Positions 10,260-24,303 of a stretch of DNA of 64,000 bases are shown piece after piece; the first letter of the stretch is position 1, and each line of letters opens with the position of its first letter. The notes under the pieces were generated by a model, which saw nothing but the letters and a program-made list of their open reading frames with translations, had not been told where the DNA came from and made no database searches. This DNA comes from Chrysomallon squamiferum (Eukaryota; Animalia; Mollusca), in contig CM022665.1 of assembly GCA_012295275.1 (NCBI GenBank), positions 44,516,001 through 44,580,000 on the forward strand, written 5' to 3'. The position numbers and the translations under genes were made by a program.

Positions 10260-12335
10260 AGCAGCCATTCCATTTATAAACATTTTCTGTTACTGTTTTT
10301 TGGTTGTTGATTTCCATTCACACTATTTGTTTTTGCCAATTTCAGCCAGTGATATTCCAGATATTCTGAAGATCTCAACCAAATATGGGCATTTATTTTC
10401 GTGTTTTTATTTTTATGTGTATATATATATAAATATATACTCCTGCTTAATTGTTTTCAGCTAAATGCTTGCCTACCCAGTTACTGCGTTAGTCCCATTT
10501 ACACAGTCTTACCCAGTACTATACCAAAAACATTGTCATCTCAACAGTAACTAATTATTTTTATTTATTTATTTATTCATTTTTTTTGAAATTTTAAATA
10601 TAAAAAAAAAATCTTTACATTTCATTATTTAATTTCAGTTGTGTTTGATATATTTTTTTTCTTATTTAATTTTCATTAATTGCTTTAATTTAAAAAAAAT
10701 ATATATATTTTATTTCCCTGTGATATGGTTACTGTCCTTCTTTTGTTCAATTATTAATTAATTTTCAAAAATTAAAATTTATTATGTTTTTATTTCATCC
10801 CAGCAGTATCTGGTTACTTTCAACTTTTGTTTAATTAATTAATTAATTTCCAAAATTTGAAACTTTTTCACATTTCACGGTTTCTTGAAAATAGCATCTG
10901 GTTATTTTCTAATTTTTTCATTAATTCATTAACTGATTTCTAAAATTAAAACTCAGAGCTCAATGCTTGTTAAACTTTCACCTAAATTATATTTGATTTA
11001 TTTCATTTCTTGTGTTATTTAATTTTAATGTTTAAAATTAAAGCTTTTTACTTTTTATATAAGTTAAAGGGAGTAGAAACAAACCTGCTTATATTTCTTT
11101 TCATGTCAAATACTTGAAGTGCATGTGTTGTGATCAACATAGCACATAAAATGTTGTTACCATTCCAGAAAATTTCTCATTACATAATGAAAATACAAAA
11201 TAAAAAAACCATCTTGAGTAATTTTTTTAAATTCTCAAAATAATCCACCAGTCCAACAACTTTTAAAATTACGATGTTATTTCTAATATCCAATACATAA
11301 TAAATTATTGAACAGTAGACTTAAGTTAGATTATATGTACATCCTTCTTGATCTGAATAATAATTCATGATTTTTTTCATATATATAAATATTTTATAGT
11401 TTAATTAAATATAGATGTTCATGGACATTAAAACTATTAGAAAATTCATTATATTTAATGTTTTAAGAACAAATATAAGATAAAAGAAGATATAAAATAT
11501 TTAAAATGGGGCCAAATATTATGTTTAAAGTCCCTTAACTTTTGCTTTCTTTTGTTTATTTAAAATTGATTCTTGTTATGATTGATTCATTTTAATGTTT
11601 TCATTGTCAGTAATGTGCAATATTTCGTTAAAAGTTTTTCTTTATAATTTGTTTTTGCAGTGTATTTTGTAATGTTAAATCCACAGAAAAAAATTAGAAT
11701 ACTGGTTTAATTGTTTTTATATAATATTATTTGATATTGAAATATTATTATTATTATTATTATGATTATTATTATTATTAGCATAAATAAAAATAACAAA
11801 TTTATAATAATAATAATTACAATAATAATATCTACTACAGAAATAAATAGAAAAAGAAGTAATTTTTAAATTCAAGATTTAAATGGCAATGCTAATGATA
11901 AATGTTTGTTGTTATTATTATTATTAGCATAAATAAAAATAACATATTTATAATAATAATAATTACAATAATAATATATGAGCAAAATGATTAAATTATA
12001 ACAGTTAAAAAGATATTTAAGAAATAAATTGTTTATACGAAAATTAATATTTCATTTTTAAATATATTTATTTTTTTAAATTAATTTTCTGAGAGAGAGA
12101 GAAAAAAAAGAAAGAAAAAGAAGATGATTACAAAAATTAGAATTACATGCTAAAATTGCTACAGTTTCTACGGTTCATATTTTTGAGTTTTCCTTTTAAG
12201 TAAAACTAAATGCTGGGGATTCTTGTTTTTGCATATTTTATTCCAGTTATAAGATTTGATATATTTTGTGGAAACTTTATACTTAAATAATTTGGAGTTC
12301 TATATATATTTTTTTTTTTTTTTTTTCATAAAAAA

Positions 12336-12366
<31 letters not shown>

Positions 12367-12904
12367 AAGAAGATAAAAAGGAAATATTAAAAAACGTCTT
12401 GCTTAGATATAATTACACATTTCATAATATTGTTCATGGAATTGTGCAATAAATGGAGTGCTAAAAACTTGCATGAGAATGAATTAAGAAGAGTGCAAAT
12501 GGTTTAAAAAAAAAAATTCTTCATAAATGCAGAGGTTTATTTTCCAGTGTTTCATTTTGGAACACTTTATTCTGTTACTTCAGAACTACGCATATTCTAT
12601 TGCAACCTGGCAACCAATTTTTGGTTCATTATAATTTGCCTCAACATTTTTTTTTTTTTTTTTACCTGATATTATTTTTTCAGTTATAATATTTTATTAA
12701 TGGCTTGGAAAATATTTTGAACAAGACAACATGTGTTCTCAAATATATATTGTTATGGTATTAATTATGTAAAAATTATTTTCGACTGATATTTATTCAG
12801 ACTTGATATAGTAATATATTAATTATCTAAAAATTACACTGAACTGACAAACATATTAATATTATTATTGCATTATACTTATTATGTATAAACATTTTTT
12901 TAAC

Positions 12905-13355
12905 TGAACATTTTGTTCATAGATTTGAAATATTCTGATGATGCAGAAATTATTTTGAACTAAAAATGTTTACTCACAGATATATTCTGACATAGAGTAT
13001 AGACATACTCTTCTGGTACAGAAATTATTTTGAACTTACAGTGTAGACTCAGCAACATAATATTGAAGATGTAGAAATTATTTTGAAGTTGACAGTGTTT
13101 ACTCAGCAACATGAAGACATTTTGAAGTGACAGTATTTATTATAGACATACTCTTCTGGTATAGAAATTATTTTGAACTTACAGTGTTTACTCATAGACA
13201 TAATATTCTGATGATGTAGAAATTATTTTGAATTGAAAGTGTTGGCTCATAGACATTTAATATTACAATGATGTTGAAATTATTATGAACTGAAAATGTT
13301 TACTCATAAACAGTAATCTGAAGATACAGAAATTATTTTGAACTGACAGTGTTTA
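12905..13355. repeat. ~55-60-bp minisatellite, about 7-8 copies
   Basis: Recurrent agaaattattttgaact(g/t)acagtgtttactcatagacat. Confidence 0.85.
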
Positions 13356-14145
13356 TACAAAAATATATAATACTAATCATGTACACAGTATTAAATGTTT
13401 CAGTGTTCAATGTTTTCTCAAAGACATTATTTTATATTAATGATCTAGATCAGAAGTTTTCAAACTGTTTTTATTCTTTTTTTTCCTAACTATACCACTT
13501 GGAGAAACATTTTGCTTGATGCTTAACCCATTCCAAATATCAGAGCAAGTTTGGTATAGCAAGTTAATATGCAAGCAGAATGTACGCATTGCTTTAATTG
13601 GAAAATGTATAATACAAAATTATAATTTTTGAAGATTAAAAGTTAAAAAAAAGAAAGATTGTAGGCTGTGTTTTTTTGAGGGTTGGGCAAAAATAATCAT
13701 CATTCTTCAAGTAGCTTTTTGAACAAAAATCATTTTTGCTTTTTAGCTCTTGCAGTTATCGAGGCTTGCTGGCATGGCATGTCCCCAGGGGCATATCACA
13801 GATTGAAAACTTCTGATCTAGAAAATTTTATAGTAACTAATAATGTTAACAATTATTTTGGAGTGACAATGTTTATTATAAGTATTTATTGACATGATGA
13901 CATTACTTTGTTGAAATGGCTGTGGTTTAATTCAGTGGTAACAGTTTTTAGTTACAAATCCTAGCTTGACAGTTGTTAGATATTTATTTACTTTGTTTAT
14001 AGAATTAATTATACATCAATATTTTCATTGTTAATTAAGCTTGTCTCTTATAAGTATATCATTAAATGTATTTTTCTTTTCTGCATTTTTTTTATTTAAT
14101 GTTTCTATATATATATATATTTATATATTTGTTATTATTTTTTAA

Positions 14146-14214
<69 letters not shown>

Positions 14215-15337
14215 TCTATAGTTTCTAGTTCTTTCAGGCAACATTTAATATTTTGTTGTTTGTTTTTACTTTTAACATTTTGTTTTTATTCTTTGAAACT
14301 GCAAAGGGGCCAGCTATATGTATTTATTTATTTGGTTTGTTGTTTTAATCTTGTTCAGGGCAATAAAATATTTAAAAAAAATAAAAATAAATAAAATTAG
14401 TTTTTCTGTTTATATTTGTTGTGTTATTTAAATTAATCACATTAAATTTAAAAAAACAAAATATGATCAGATTAAATAAGAGAGAATGAGAAAGAGAAAG
14501 TGAAAGAATGAAAAAGAGTGAGAGGAAAATATACTGAACACTCTAAACTAGTATTAAAAAACAGTTTTTTTCTTCTTCATCAAAAGCTAAAATAAATTAA
14601 TTACTAATCCAAAAGTTTATTAACAGATAATGGTTTCCGTGCAGCTGGGAAATTCCCCATAATCCTCCCCTGTTATGTATATAAATTTGTTTTTACATAT
14701 AAATCTATTTATTATTATCTTTTGTCAAGTTTCTAGAAATTAAAATTATCTTGTTTACCTTCTGTAATTATATTTCCATATTTCAGTCAGAAATATGTTG
14801 TTTATTTATTTATTTATTTTTAATTTATTATTTTTTTTTTATTATTATATATATATTTTTTTTTTTTAAATCATAATAAATGTTGTATTTAATTTTTGGA
14901 CAGCTTTTTTACCATTCCAAACAACTCGTCTCTACGGAACATTTAACAAATAACAACAACAATTTACATTTAAAAAAATTTATTATTTAAATATGACTGA
15001 CTGATGCATGAACATATAACAATGGTGAGAAAATTCCCTTCATCTCACTTTTCCAGCTCCTCTAAGAATACCGATTAATATAGTGTATTTTATTAAAATG
15101 TCACGTGATCTCAGTCTACTACTGAAATACTGTTCTGCGTCATCTAGAGAAAATATCACAAATGTACATTATAAAATATACTTTGATACAGATATTGAGA
15201 TACTGTTTTATAAAGATTTAATAACGATGATGATGATGATATGAGAGAGAGTATTAAAAATATAATTTTATAATTTTATAATAAATACATTTTAGTAGTA
15301 CATATTATTATTTTATATATAATTTTAATAAAGTGAG

Positions 15338-15380
<43 letters not shown>

Positions 15381-16223
15381 CGTAGGTTTGTGAAATCTAA
15401 AAAAACAAAAAACTATTTTCTTCGTCCAGTGACTACATTTACTAAATACTATTTTCTATACGTTAATAACGATACATGACGTAACACGGTAATTTTACCG
15501 CGCCTATCACAGAGTCGAGAACAGGAACAAACTAAACGTATAAAAATTCAACAAACGCACTCTGACGTAGTCAATCCGCAAAACACTGACACAAATTTAA
15601 TACAATGTACTTGTCTCACTTCTGCTCTGATCTTAAACATATTTACCGAACGAACTACATTAATTTAGTGAACTTGACTCGTCAATCAAAACAGTTTTTC
15701 CAGGTTATATCGTCTTTGTCACCGACTGTTTATAAAATAATCACATAGTTTGTGGAACTGTCTTGTTCTTCGTTTAGGATTGAAAGCAATTGTTGTGGTA
15801 TGAACAGAAGTCTAGTATATTTCCCAGTGTTTTTTTAAATCCACAAAACGAACCTTTACTAATAATTAAATAGCACAATATTATATCAAGCTCATTTAGC
15901 TAATTCTGAAAGGTACCTTTTTGTGTTTTTCATTGCTATATACAAATATTCGTGATTCATTTTATAATGATTTACCGTCTGTTTATGGTTTATTAATTTT
16001 GTTTTTACGAAATGACGTCACGAAAAGGAAAGGAAAATGACAATCGCATTGATCTTAGAGAGATGTTTATTTTATTATCAACAGGAAAGATTCTTGTGAA
16101 GAAAACATATAAGAAATATCACGAGGAATTCTATACAATTTAGTTAGTTTATTTGTTCCATATATCACAGTTATTCTTTACTGATCACACTGCTTTTTAT
16201 ACAAAACCTCTTTTTTCTATACA

Positions 16224-17129
16224 TCAGTTTCCATGGTTAAATCCTTGTCCGTACGTGTTGTACATCTGTTCGGGTTTTATTTCGCCTATGAGATGCACGT
16301 TGGCTTTCCAGAACTCGTGATACTGGGAGAGTTTTCCTGAGTCTATGAGTTTGTCGATGTCTGCCTCCCTGATGGAAATCTCCATCTCGTCAGACGGGTC
16401 GTACTCCCACAGGCGCAGCACGGGTCTCTCCTCGTGCAGATGACAGATCAGCAGCGACATGCGCACTTTGTCCGGATCCGCCAGCCCGTTCTGGATGACC
16501 ATGATCTTAGCCATGCACAGTTCTGCAATGTCCAGCGGCCTTGGCGTTTCTTGACCTGTGACCTTTATGTTGAGCAGATGCATGTGACTGTCGCGGCGAC
16601 ACAGAACGTCGATCTGTCCCGTGAGCACGCGCACAAAATGAGAAACCTTCACGTGGGCCGTGAGATTCACTGCCAGGGCATCAAACGATTCGAACCAGGT
16701 TTCTATCTTCCTGTCGAAGAGTTTGCACAGATGTCCACAGAAGGACGAGTCGATGTCGTAATCGCAGTGTGACTTCAGCGTCCTGAACATGTCGACTGCG
16801 CCTTTGGTTCGCATCAGTTTGAGGACTGCCTCGTGAAACTGCCGCCCCTGTTCCTCACGGGGAGTGTTGTACAGGAAGTGCTGGTACTTCTCTCGCGTCT
16901 TTTCGTGTCTGTTTAGATCCAGACGGCAAGCTTCTCGTCTGGTCAGGAAGAATTCCCATTTGTTCTTTCTTTCCGGGTTGTACGTGCTGTAAACGAGGCT
17001 TTCTCCGAGCGTTTCCACGGCAATGAATATCTTCATTGTAGCCAGATCGTAGTTTCTCGAAAGTTTTTCTAGCCTCCTTTTCAACTCGTCCTCGTACTGC
17101 ATCAATCCTCGAGCAGATGCCAAAGCCAT
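16224..17129 (-). CDS. Intronless 301-aa protein with PD-(D/E)XK (RecB/MGME1-like) nuclease fold, catalytic motif degenerate
   Basis: Only long non-repetitive single-exon ORF; visibly much more GC-rich than its flanks. Motifs QGRQFHEAV (His, codon 16833-16835), GQIDV (Asp, 16608-16610), LLNIKVT (N-x-K, 16563-16571). Coding status is well supported, fold assignment less so. Confidence 0.72.
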   Translation of the reverse strand: MALASARGLMQYEDELKRRLEKLSRNYDLATMKIFIAVETLGESLVYSTYNPERKNKWEFFLTRREACRLDLNRHEKTREKYQHFLYNTPREEQGRQFHEAVLKLMRTKGAVDMFRTLKSHCDYDIDSSFCGHLCKLFDRKIETWFESFDALAVNLTAHVKVSHFVRVLTGQIDVLCRRDSHMHLLNIKVTGQETPRPLDIAELCMAKIMVIQNGLADPDKVRMSLLICHLHEERPVLRLWEYDPSDEMEISIREADIDKLIDSGKLSQYHEFWKANVHLIGEIKPEQMYNTYGQGFNHGN

Positions 17130-18754
17130 TATTATATTTTACTCCTTATTAAAATACCTCAAGACTTGTGTCTATTACTTTTTCTGAAAACTGACTATTT
17201 ATTAATAAAAGTTTGTACTGTTTCAGTGCATCAGTTGCAACAACATGTCATTTAATGACTTTCAGCTGTTTTTATTGTCCAAATAAACATTTGCAATGAT
17301 ACAATAAGTGTTCGTTATATTCTTAACATTCGCTCCAGAAATTTTTTCTCTTAAATTCACGATATTTTTCTCCCCTTGGTTTGAACTAAACTAAACCCAC
17401 AGATCGTTTTCACTGAAATCCTACACTTGTTGGTCTAGATATTCATTTTAAAAAGTTGGATAATATTTCGAAAACACTTCCATTTCATTTGTCACATAAA
17501 AAAAAAAGAATAAAAAGTTCGTTCAGTGTTTTTACGCCATTAAAATGACGTCAACAGTCAAACGATAACGATCAAGTTGTTCGCAGTTTTCAGGGCTGTC
17601 TGCACCTGAATAACACTAAGATCAATGTCTGCAAACGAACAGACTGTTCTAACCTATTTGTTTTCTTCTTTTTTTTTTCTTTTTCTTTTTTTTTGTTGTT
17701 GATGTTAATGTCGATCATAAAACAAAACAGAACTATTTAAAAAAGCACATAAACCATTCACTGAATAACAAGCATCGCTCCACACACAGAGAAAACTCGA
17801 CGTCTGGCGGAAATTTTTATCTGCAGTCGATAATTTGCCGGTCATTAAACGATCGATTTTAAAAACACGATCGAGTGCTGCACGGATTCTACAAGTCACG
17901 ACACGAAATGGGATCGACTCCGTCACTGACACAAAAGTTAATCTGTGATATAAAAATCCTCCGATGTTAGCCAACAAAATGCACGTGATGATTTTGAAAC
18001 TTCAAACTTTCTCCGTAATACTGTTGATCTTCGTCTTTCTCCGTTGTTGGTGGCGAATCTACATGGCTACGTTTTGTTCTGCGTATTTACAACACGCGTC
18101 TGTACACAAAAGTGAAGTCCCCTTTGTTTAGTATTTCAATAGCCGGTTGTCAAGTGAGCTATTTGAAAAGCACTCTCGTATACCTGTGATATACATATTA
18201 CAGCAGGTTCAGTTTTTCACCAACTGAGCGAATTTACGGGTAATAACCAGACCGGGAACGAACGTAATTTTTTTTTTAATGCGGACTTGGTGATTGGGTG
18301 AATGGGTGAATGGAGATGAAGAATGATAAAGTCAAAGATTTACAAACCGCGAACACCTTTGATCGTATTATCCTAATCTCTGATTAATCTGTGTGTCTAT
18401 AATTACATTTATTATTTAATAATAGATTAAGCCATTCAGTAGAATCCGGTACGTTTTAGGATCGCATCCAACTAGTACCTGACTTGTCTCCACATTATTA
18501 TTATTATTATTATTATATTTTTTATTCTATGTATTATTTATTTATTTATTATTAATATATTAATTATTATTATATAATATTTTTTATTCTATTTATTATA
18601 TATATATATTTGTACACTGTTGTCATTTCACTATAAAAAAGAATAACGTACGTAAATACAGACAATAAAAGTAATTAAACTAACTGATCTGAATTAAATC
18701 GAACAAAATGAATAAATGAACATGTAATAATAAATAAATAAATAAATAATAATA

Positions 18755-18833
<79 letters not shown>

Positions 18834-19196
18834 TAAAATGTCGTTAAATATCTAAAAATTAAACGGATAAATACATTTTTAGCTTTATTTGGAAAGGATC
18901 TGTTAACGCAACATTGATTTTTCCATCATTGTAATTTATAATTAATTTAATTCAACCTCCAGATATCAAACGAAGACATTAAAATGTTATGAAATAGTTT
19001 ATTAAGATCGCAAAAATTATATAATGAAAAATGTTTGAATAAATTTAATGTTTCAAGGGAGTTGACTCTTCATGAATTAAAGATAGATGAAATATTTGAA
19101 TTATGTCCCATGATTTTGATTTGATAACCCCCCACCACCACATATAATACACACATATATAAACATGCCAACTTAAAACTGAATAAAAAAAATAAG

Positions 19197-19228
<32 letters not shown>

Positions 19229-19885
19229 AATAATAATTAATCCTGAAGAATTAAGAATGTGGACATTATTTGGTTACAAAAATAATGATTCACATGCAAG
19301 ATTTCTTCAGTTATTTTTTTTCACCTGTAAGATTAACCATTTAAAAACGTAGAAATATTTATCTTGTAAAAGGTATATTATTAGACTGTGTTACTTTGTT
19401 TGAAAGAATATTTAATGAAATGTTAAATAGTTTTTACATACACATGACTTCGTCAAATAAAGAACATTTATTCATTAAGGATTATGTCTTATCAAATAAC
19501 TATGTAACATTATCCAAAACGTAAACATATAGTTATTTGTTGGTTATTATATCTTTAAACAGTTTTCCTATTTGTATTAGTTGGTTATTATATGTCTAAA
19601 GTGTGTATAGGCAGTTTTCCTATTTGTTTGTTTTTATTTATCATATTTAATATTTTTTAACAATTGTAATTTAATAATTAAATATACTTAATTAATTTTT
19701 ATTTAATTGTAATGTTCAGTTTTGTACAAATGTATGAACTGATGATTTTATGAATAAAGATTTAAAAAAATAATAATAATAATAAATAAATAAAAATGAA
19801 AATTATTAATGAAATAGGTATCAATTAGAATATTAAATAACTAATTAATTTAAACATGATTATGTTGATAAAAATAAAAACAGAT

Positions 19886-19916
<31 letters not shown>

Positions 19917-19993
19917 AATAAATAAATAGAAATAAAATAAAATAAATATTTTCTCTTGTTGTAATTTTGTTCAGAACAAATAATATGTGTAAA

Positions 19994-20034
<41 letters not shown>

Positions 20035-21968
20035 CAAGGAACGTAAAATGAACATAAGCAATAGGAACAGAACGTGACCCATTTCGAAACGTAATTAAGC
20101 TTATCGCGTACCTAAAAATAGCTTCACGTTATCGCGTTTGTATCTCTCGTACTCAAATACAAACAGACCGTCAAAAGGGCACTTTGATTATGCCAAAAAC
20201 GGACACCCGGAATGAAAACACTCCAACGCATAACCCACCCACGTTTCGAACAATTAGGTTATGGTAGCAAGCCAAAATATACAGCTGATCCTAGATTTAA
20301 CAGAGTCACCGGGCGAAATAGTGTCCGTTTAATCGCAAATGCTTTAAAATGGTAATACTATTATTGTTTTGTTATTGCGTAATTTTAATAATTTTAATAC
20401 TGTGATAATGAAAAATTTAGTGTACCTTTTCATTTATGATATTAAGTGTTAAAACAAAACTGTTTTTTTTCGTAGAAAGTCTTCTTCTGTGATCAGTGGT
20501 GATATCAAAGAATATTTGTAACATATCATTGCTAACGAGTATTTTTCAGTGAAAATTACCAAAATAAATAAATAAAACTAACAAATAAATAAAAAGTAAA
20601 AAAGTAAAAAATAAAGAATAAATAAAATTAATAAAAATAAAAATAAAAACAAAAATAAATGTAAAGTTTTAAAAATAAAAATAAAAATAAAATTTACGAA
20701 TCTATCGAAAGCATATTAGGAAAAAGTCATCGCTAACTTACACTCAGTAATAATAATAATAATAATATACAATAACAACAACAACAACACTAATAATAAT
20801 AATAACAACAAATACAACAACAAAAACAACACAGCAGCAAAAAAAACAACAACAACAATAATAAATTAACAATTACGATCACAAAACTATCACTCGAACA
20901 CAAGACGCGCATAAGATGAAATACGTCAGCACTCGGCGGAGTCCGCTAAATATGACGTCATTTCAGTTCGCGATCCATTACGTCGAGAGTTTGTTTCACT
21001 GTACTCGCATCCAAAATACCCAGCTTATAGCATACACACCCCGGGGCTAACAGAAGCAGTATAGATTACGTGTATCTGTGACATCGTCCCCGAAGTGGCC
21101 GTGCACGTAGTAAGCACATTATTAACTTGACCTCGCTGCATGGTCAGTGCTTTACATTGTGGTTCTTGCAGGTAAATCATTTCAATAAAGGCCTTCATTG
21201 TGTGTTCAGTGTTGACAGAAGTGATTTGTAGGCTGAATTAATCGGATGAAGTAATTATAACTTGTCTTTACAATTGTCTGGCAGTTGTCACGTTGCAAGA
21301 AAGAAGAAAGGAAAGGTGAAAGTACAGACAGGCAGAACCAAAAAAACAACAACAAAAAGAACAAAAGTAAAATGGACAAAAATTATTATCATCATCATCG
21401 TCATCATTAACCGTCATCGTCATTATATTCATAGGTAACAAAACCATAACCATGATCACTATCGTAATCTTCACTGGATGCCATCGTATATTATTGTCGC
21501 CGTCGACGTCATTATCGTCATCATCGTTATTATTCTTGTTCAATCACTAATAATATTAACGTGTAACCAGGATTTCGTTTTGTTGATTAGTTTGTTTGTT
21601 ATTATAAAAAAAAAAACACCTAATTTCCTTTAAATATCCGCATTCAAAAGGCACACCCATTTTTCTGAAAATAAAAATCTGTTCCGGCTATTACTACTAC
21701 TACAAAACCTACTACCATTACTACTACTACAAAACCTACTATCATTACTACTACTACAAAATCTTCTACTATTGCTACTACCATTACCACTACTACTACT
21801 ACTATTACAGCCACCACTACTGCCACTACTACTATCACCCACTATCACCACTGTCAGTACTATTAATATTACCACCACCACCACCACTACTACTACTACT
21901 GCTACTATTACTACTACTACTACTACTATTACTATTACTATTACTGCTACTGCTACTACTACTACTAC

Positions 21969-22011
<43 letters not shown>

Positions 22012-22818
22012 GTAGTGGCAATTGCTGTGGATTTAGAAGTGTAATATTAACAAACACACACAGTGACACACATACAGACGTATACCCCATACAGACATGC
22101 GGAATACACATAAACAAAGCCCGCTTTTACACATAATCCGTTAATGTTAGCCAGTGAAGCGTCATTTTACTATGGGATGGTTATTTCTTAATATCGAGAA
22201 ATACCGATCGTATAAATCCGACATATTTATCTTTTCTTATTTATGTCCGGGCATGCATTATCTACATAGTTACACCTCCTTACTGAAAAGTACCTCCGTT
22301 ATCTAATGTTTGCAGAGGACGCGTTCCGCTGAACTAATTTAAATATACCTGTGTAAAGATCATCCCAGAGCTGTCAATCAAAAACTTTCCCCTTTTCCTA
22401 TTGGCTGTAAAACTAACAGGCGAACGTTTAATTCTTCTTCTTTTAAAGTACTTTTTTTGGGTCTAACTTTCTGACATAACTTTACGCATTATATTATTTT
22501 AAAATGTTGAAAAAAAATTTAGATCTTCATCCAGAAAACATTTACGAACGATCTTAGCATTTTAGCGTTGATACAGAAGGAAGTAATTCAAGCAGACGTA
22601 CTTTTTTTTCTCAGACATAGACTTTCCACAAGTCTGAAATATGAACTAATAATAATAAATCTAAAAGTCGTTAAACTCACGGACGGACGCGCGTCTCATG
22701 CCACCATTTCAACAGAAAAGTTTTCTAGACACTAAGCTGACATATACAGTAGTTAATATATATGTGTGTACTACAGGCGTATATTTTACATGTTAATCCC
22801 TGCACAGAGTTAGCCTGC

Positions 22819-22819
<1 letters not shown>

Positions 22820-22900
<81 letters not shown>

Positions 22901-22932
22901 GTCTGTCTGTCTGTCTGTCTCTGTCTCTCTCT
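22820..22932. repeat. (CT)n/(CTGT)n microsatellite
   Basis: Direct reading. Confidence 0.95.
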
Positions 22933-23080
22933 AAATGTAATTATCTGTTTTCGTGCGTCCACATATGTAAACTAAATTAATATTTAAAATATTTAATTTT
23001 AGTTCAAATTACTGTATCATTATTTGTATCATTATTATCATCATTATCATCATTATTATTATTATATCACCATCATCATC

Positions 23081-23112
<32 letters not shown>

Positions 23113-23113
23113 A

Positions 23114-23203
<90 letters not shown>

Positions 23204-23474
23204 TGTATACATTATGAAAACATTTCACCTTGAACGTTGTGTCTGCTATAAAGGTGTCGACCTCCCTTTTTATGATTTTTCTGGACCCGTCCTTGTCGTG
23301 TACTGACAGCAATGAATCCAAAGGAACGGGACAAATAAGCTGATTATTTCAGTACATTTAACAGACAAGCCCCAGAAATCTCTCTGATCCGAATTATATT
23401 TAGTCGTTTCACAGTCGATATAATTAGTCTATATGCTATAAATGCTGCTGTTCCAGTCATGAAAAACACAGTGG

Positions 23475-23476
<2 letters not shown>

Positions 23477-23529
<53 letters not shown>

Positions 23530-23640
23530 GGATAATAACAATAACAATAATAATAACAACAACAACAATAATAATAATAACAATAATAACAATAACAATA
23601 ACAATAACAATAACAATAATAACAATAATAATGATAACAA
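23477..23640. repeat. (AAT)n/(AAC)n microsatellite
   Basis: Direct reading; source of poly-N/poly-L ORFs. Confidence 0.95.
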
Positions 23641-24129
23641 TGAATTATAAGTGAATTAATAAAATAATAACTTAAAAAAACCCATATAAAATAGATAGGA
23701 TGATAAATAAATAAATACTACTTCTATTACTACTACTACTACTGTTGCTGCTGTTGCTAATAATAATAAATAAATAAATGAAATAGGAGGATATACATTA
23801 TATTAAACTTTCTTTTTCTTTATTACTATTATTATGATTATTATTTTATTTTTCAAAGCACAGTCGATTCGTAAAGGAAAGAGTAGATATAAAACAGCAA
23901 GCACGATAATTTTAGAAAAAAAAAAAGATAAAAAAAAAAATAAAAACAAAAATAAAAAGGCGAATAACTACTAGTTTCAAGAAATAAATGGATAATTAAT
24001 AACCTCTGCATACCTTTTGAGAAGTAAAACCAAAAAAAAAAAAAAAAAATTCTGGTCATAAATTTATTTTCTTTATTGCCATTCCTAATAAGTAAAGTAA
24101 CGGCGGTACTATTTTTAGATTAAAAACAT

Positions 24130-24303
24130 GCCATTATAAAGTCTACCGCACACAAGCCACGCCTCCTCCGCAATCGCTCCACAGTGGGAGGGAGGACGTC
24201 ACGCGAACGTAACAGCCTTCCGTGAATGTGTGTGAATGCGAGAGAGTGTGTGTGTATTCATAACATCATGGCGACTCTTTCGAAGTCCCCAAAAAGTCTA
24301 CAG
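24130..24303 (+). promoter_or_regulatory. Probable promoter/5' leader of NHS-family gene
   Basis: CpG/GC-rich patch with GCCACGCCTCC (Sp/KLF-like), GGGAGGGAGG, GACGTCAC (CRE-like) and catcATGGCG (YY1-like core), 100-270 bp upstream of the ATG. Confidence 0.55.

Noticed and set aside
15900-17600. Transposon or provirus boundaries around the nuclease-like ORF
   Set aside because: No TIRs, LTRs, TSDs or second mobile-element ORF seen; the flanking similarity is limited to a short CRE-containing motif.
17705-17977. 90-aa minus-strand ORF upstream of the nuclease-like gene as an operon partner
   Set aside because: Non-ATG start, no recognisable motif, length within chance.
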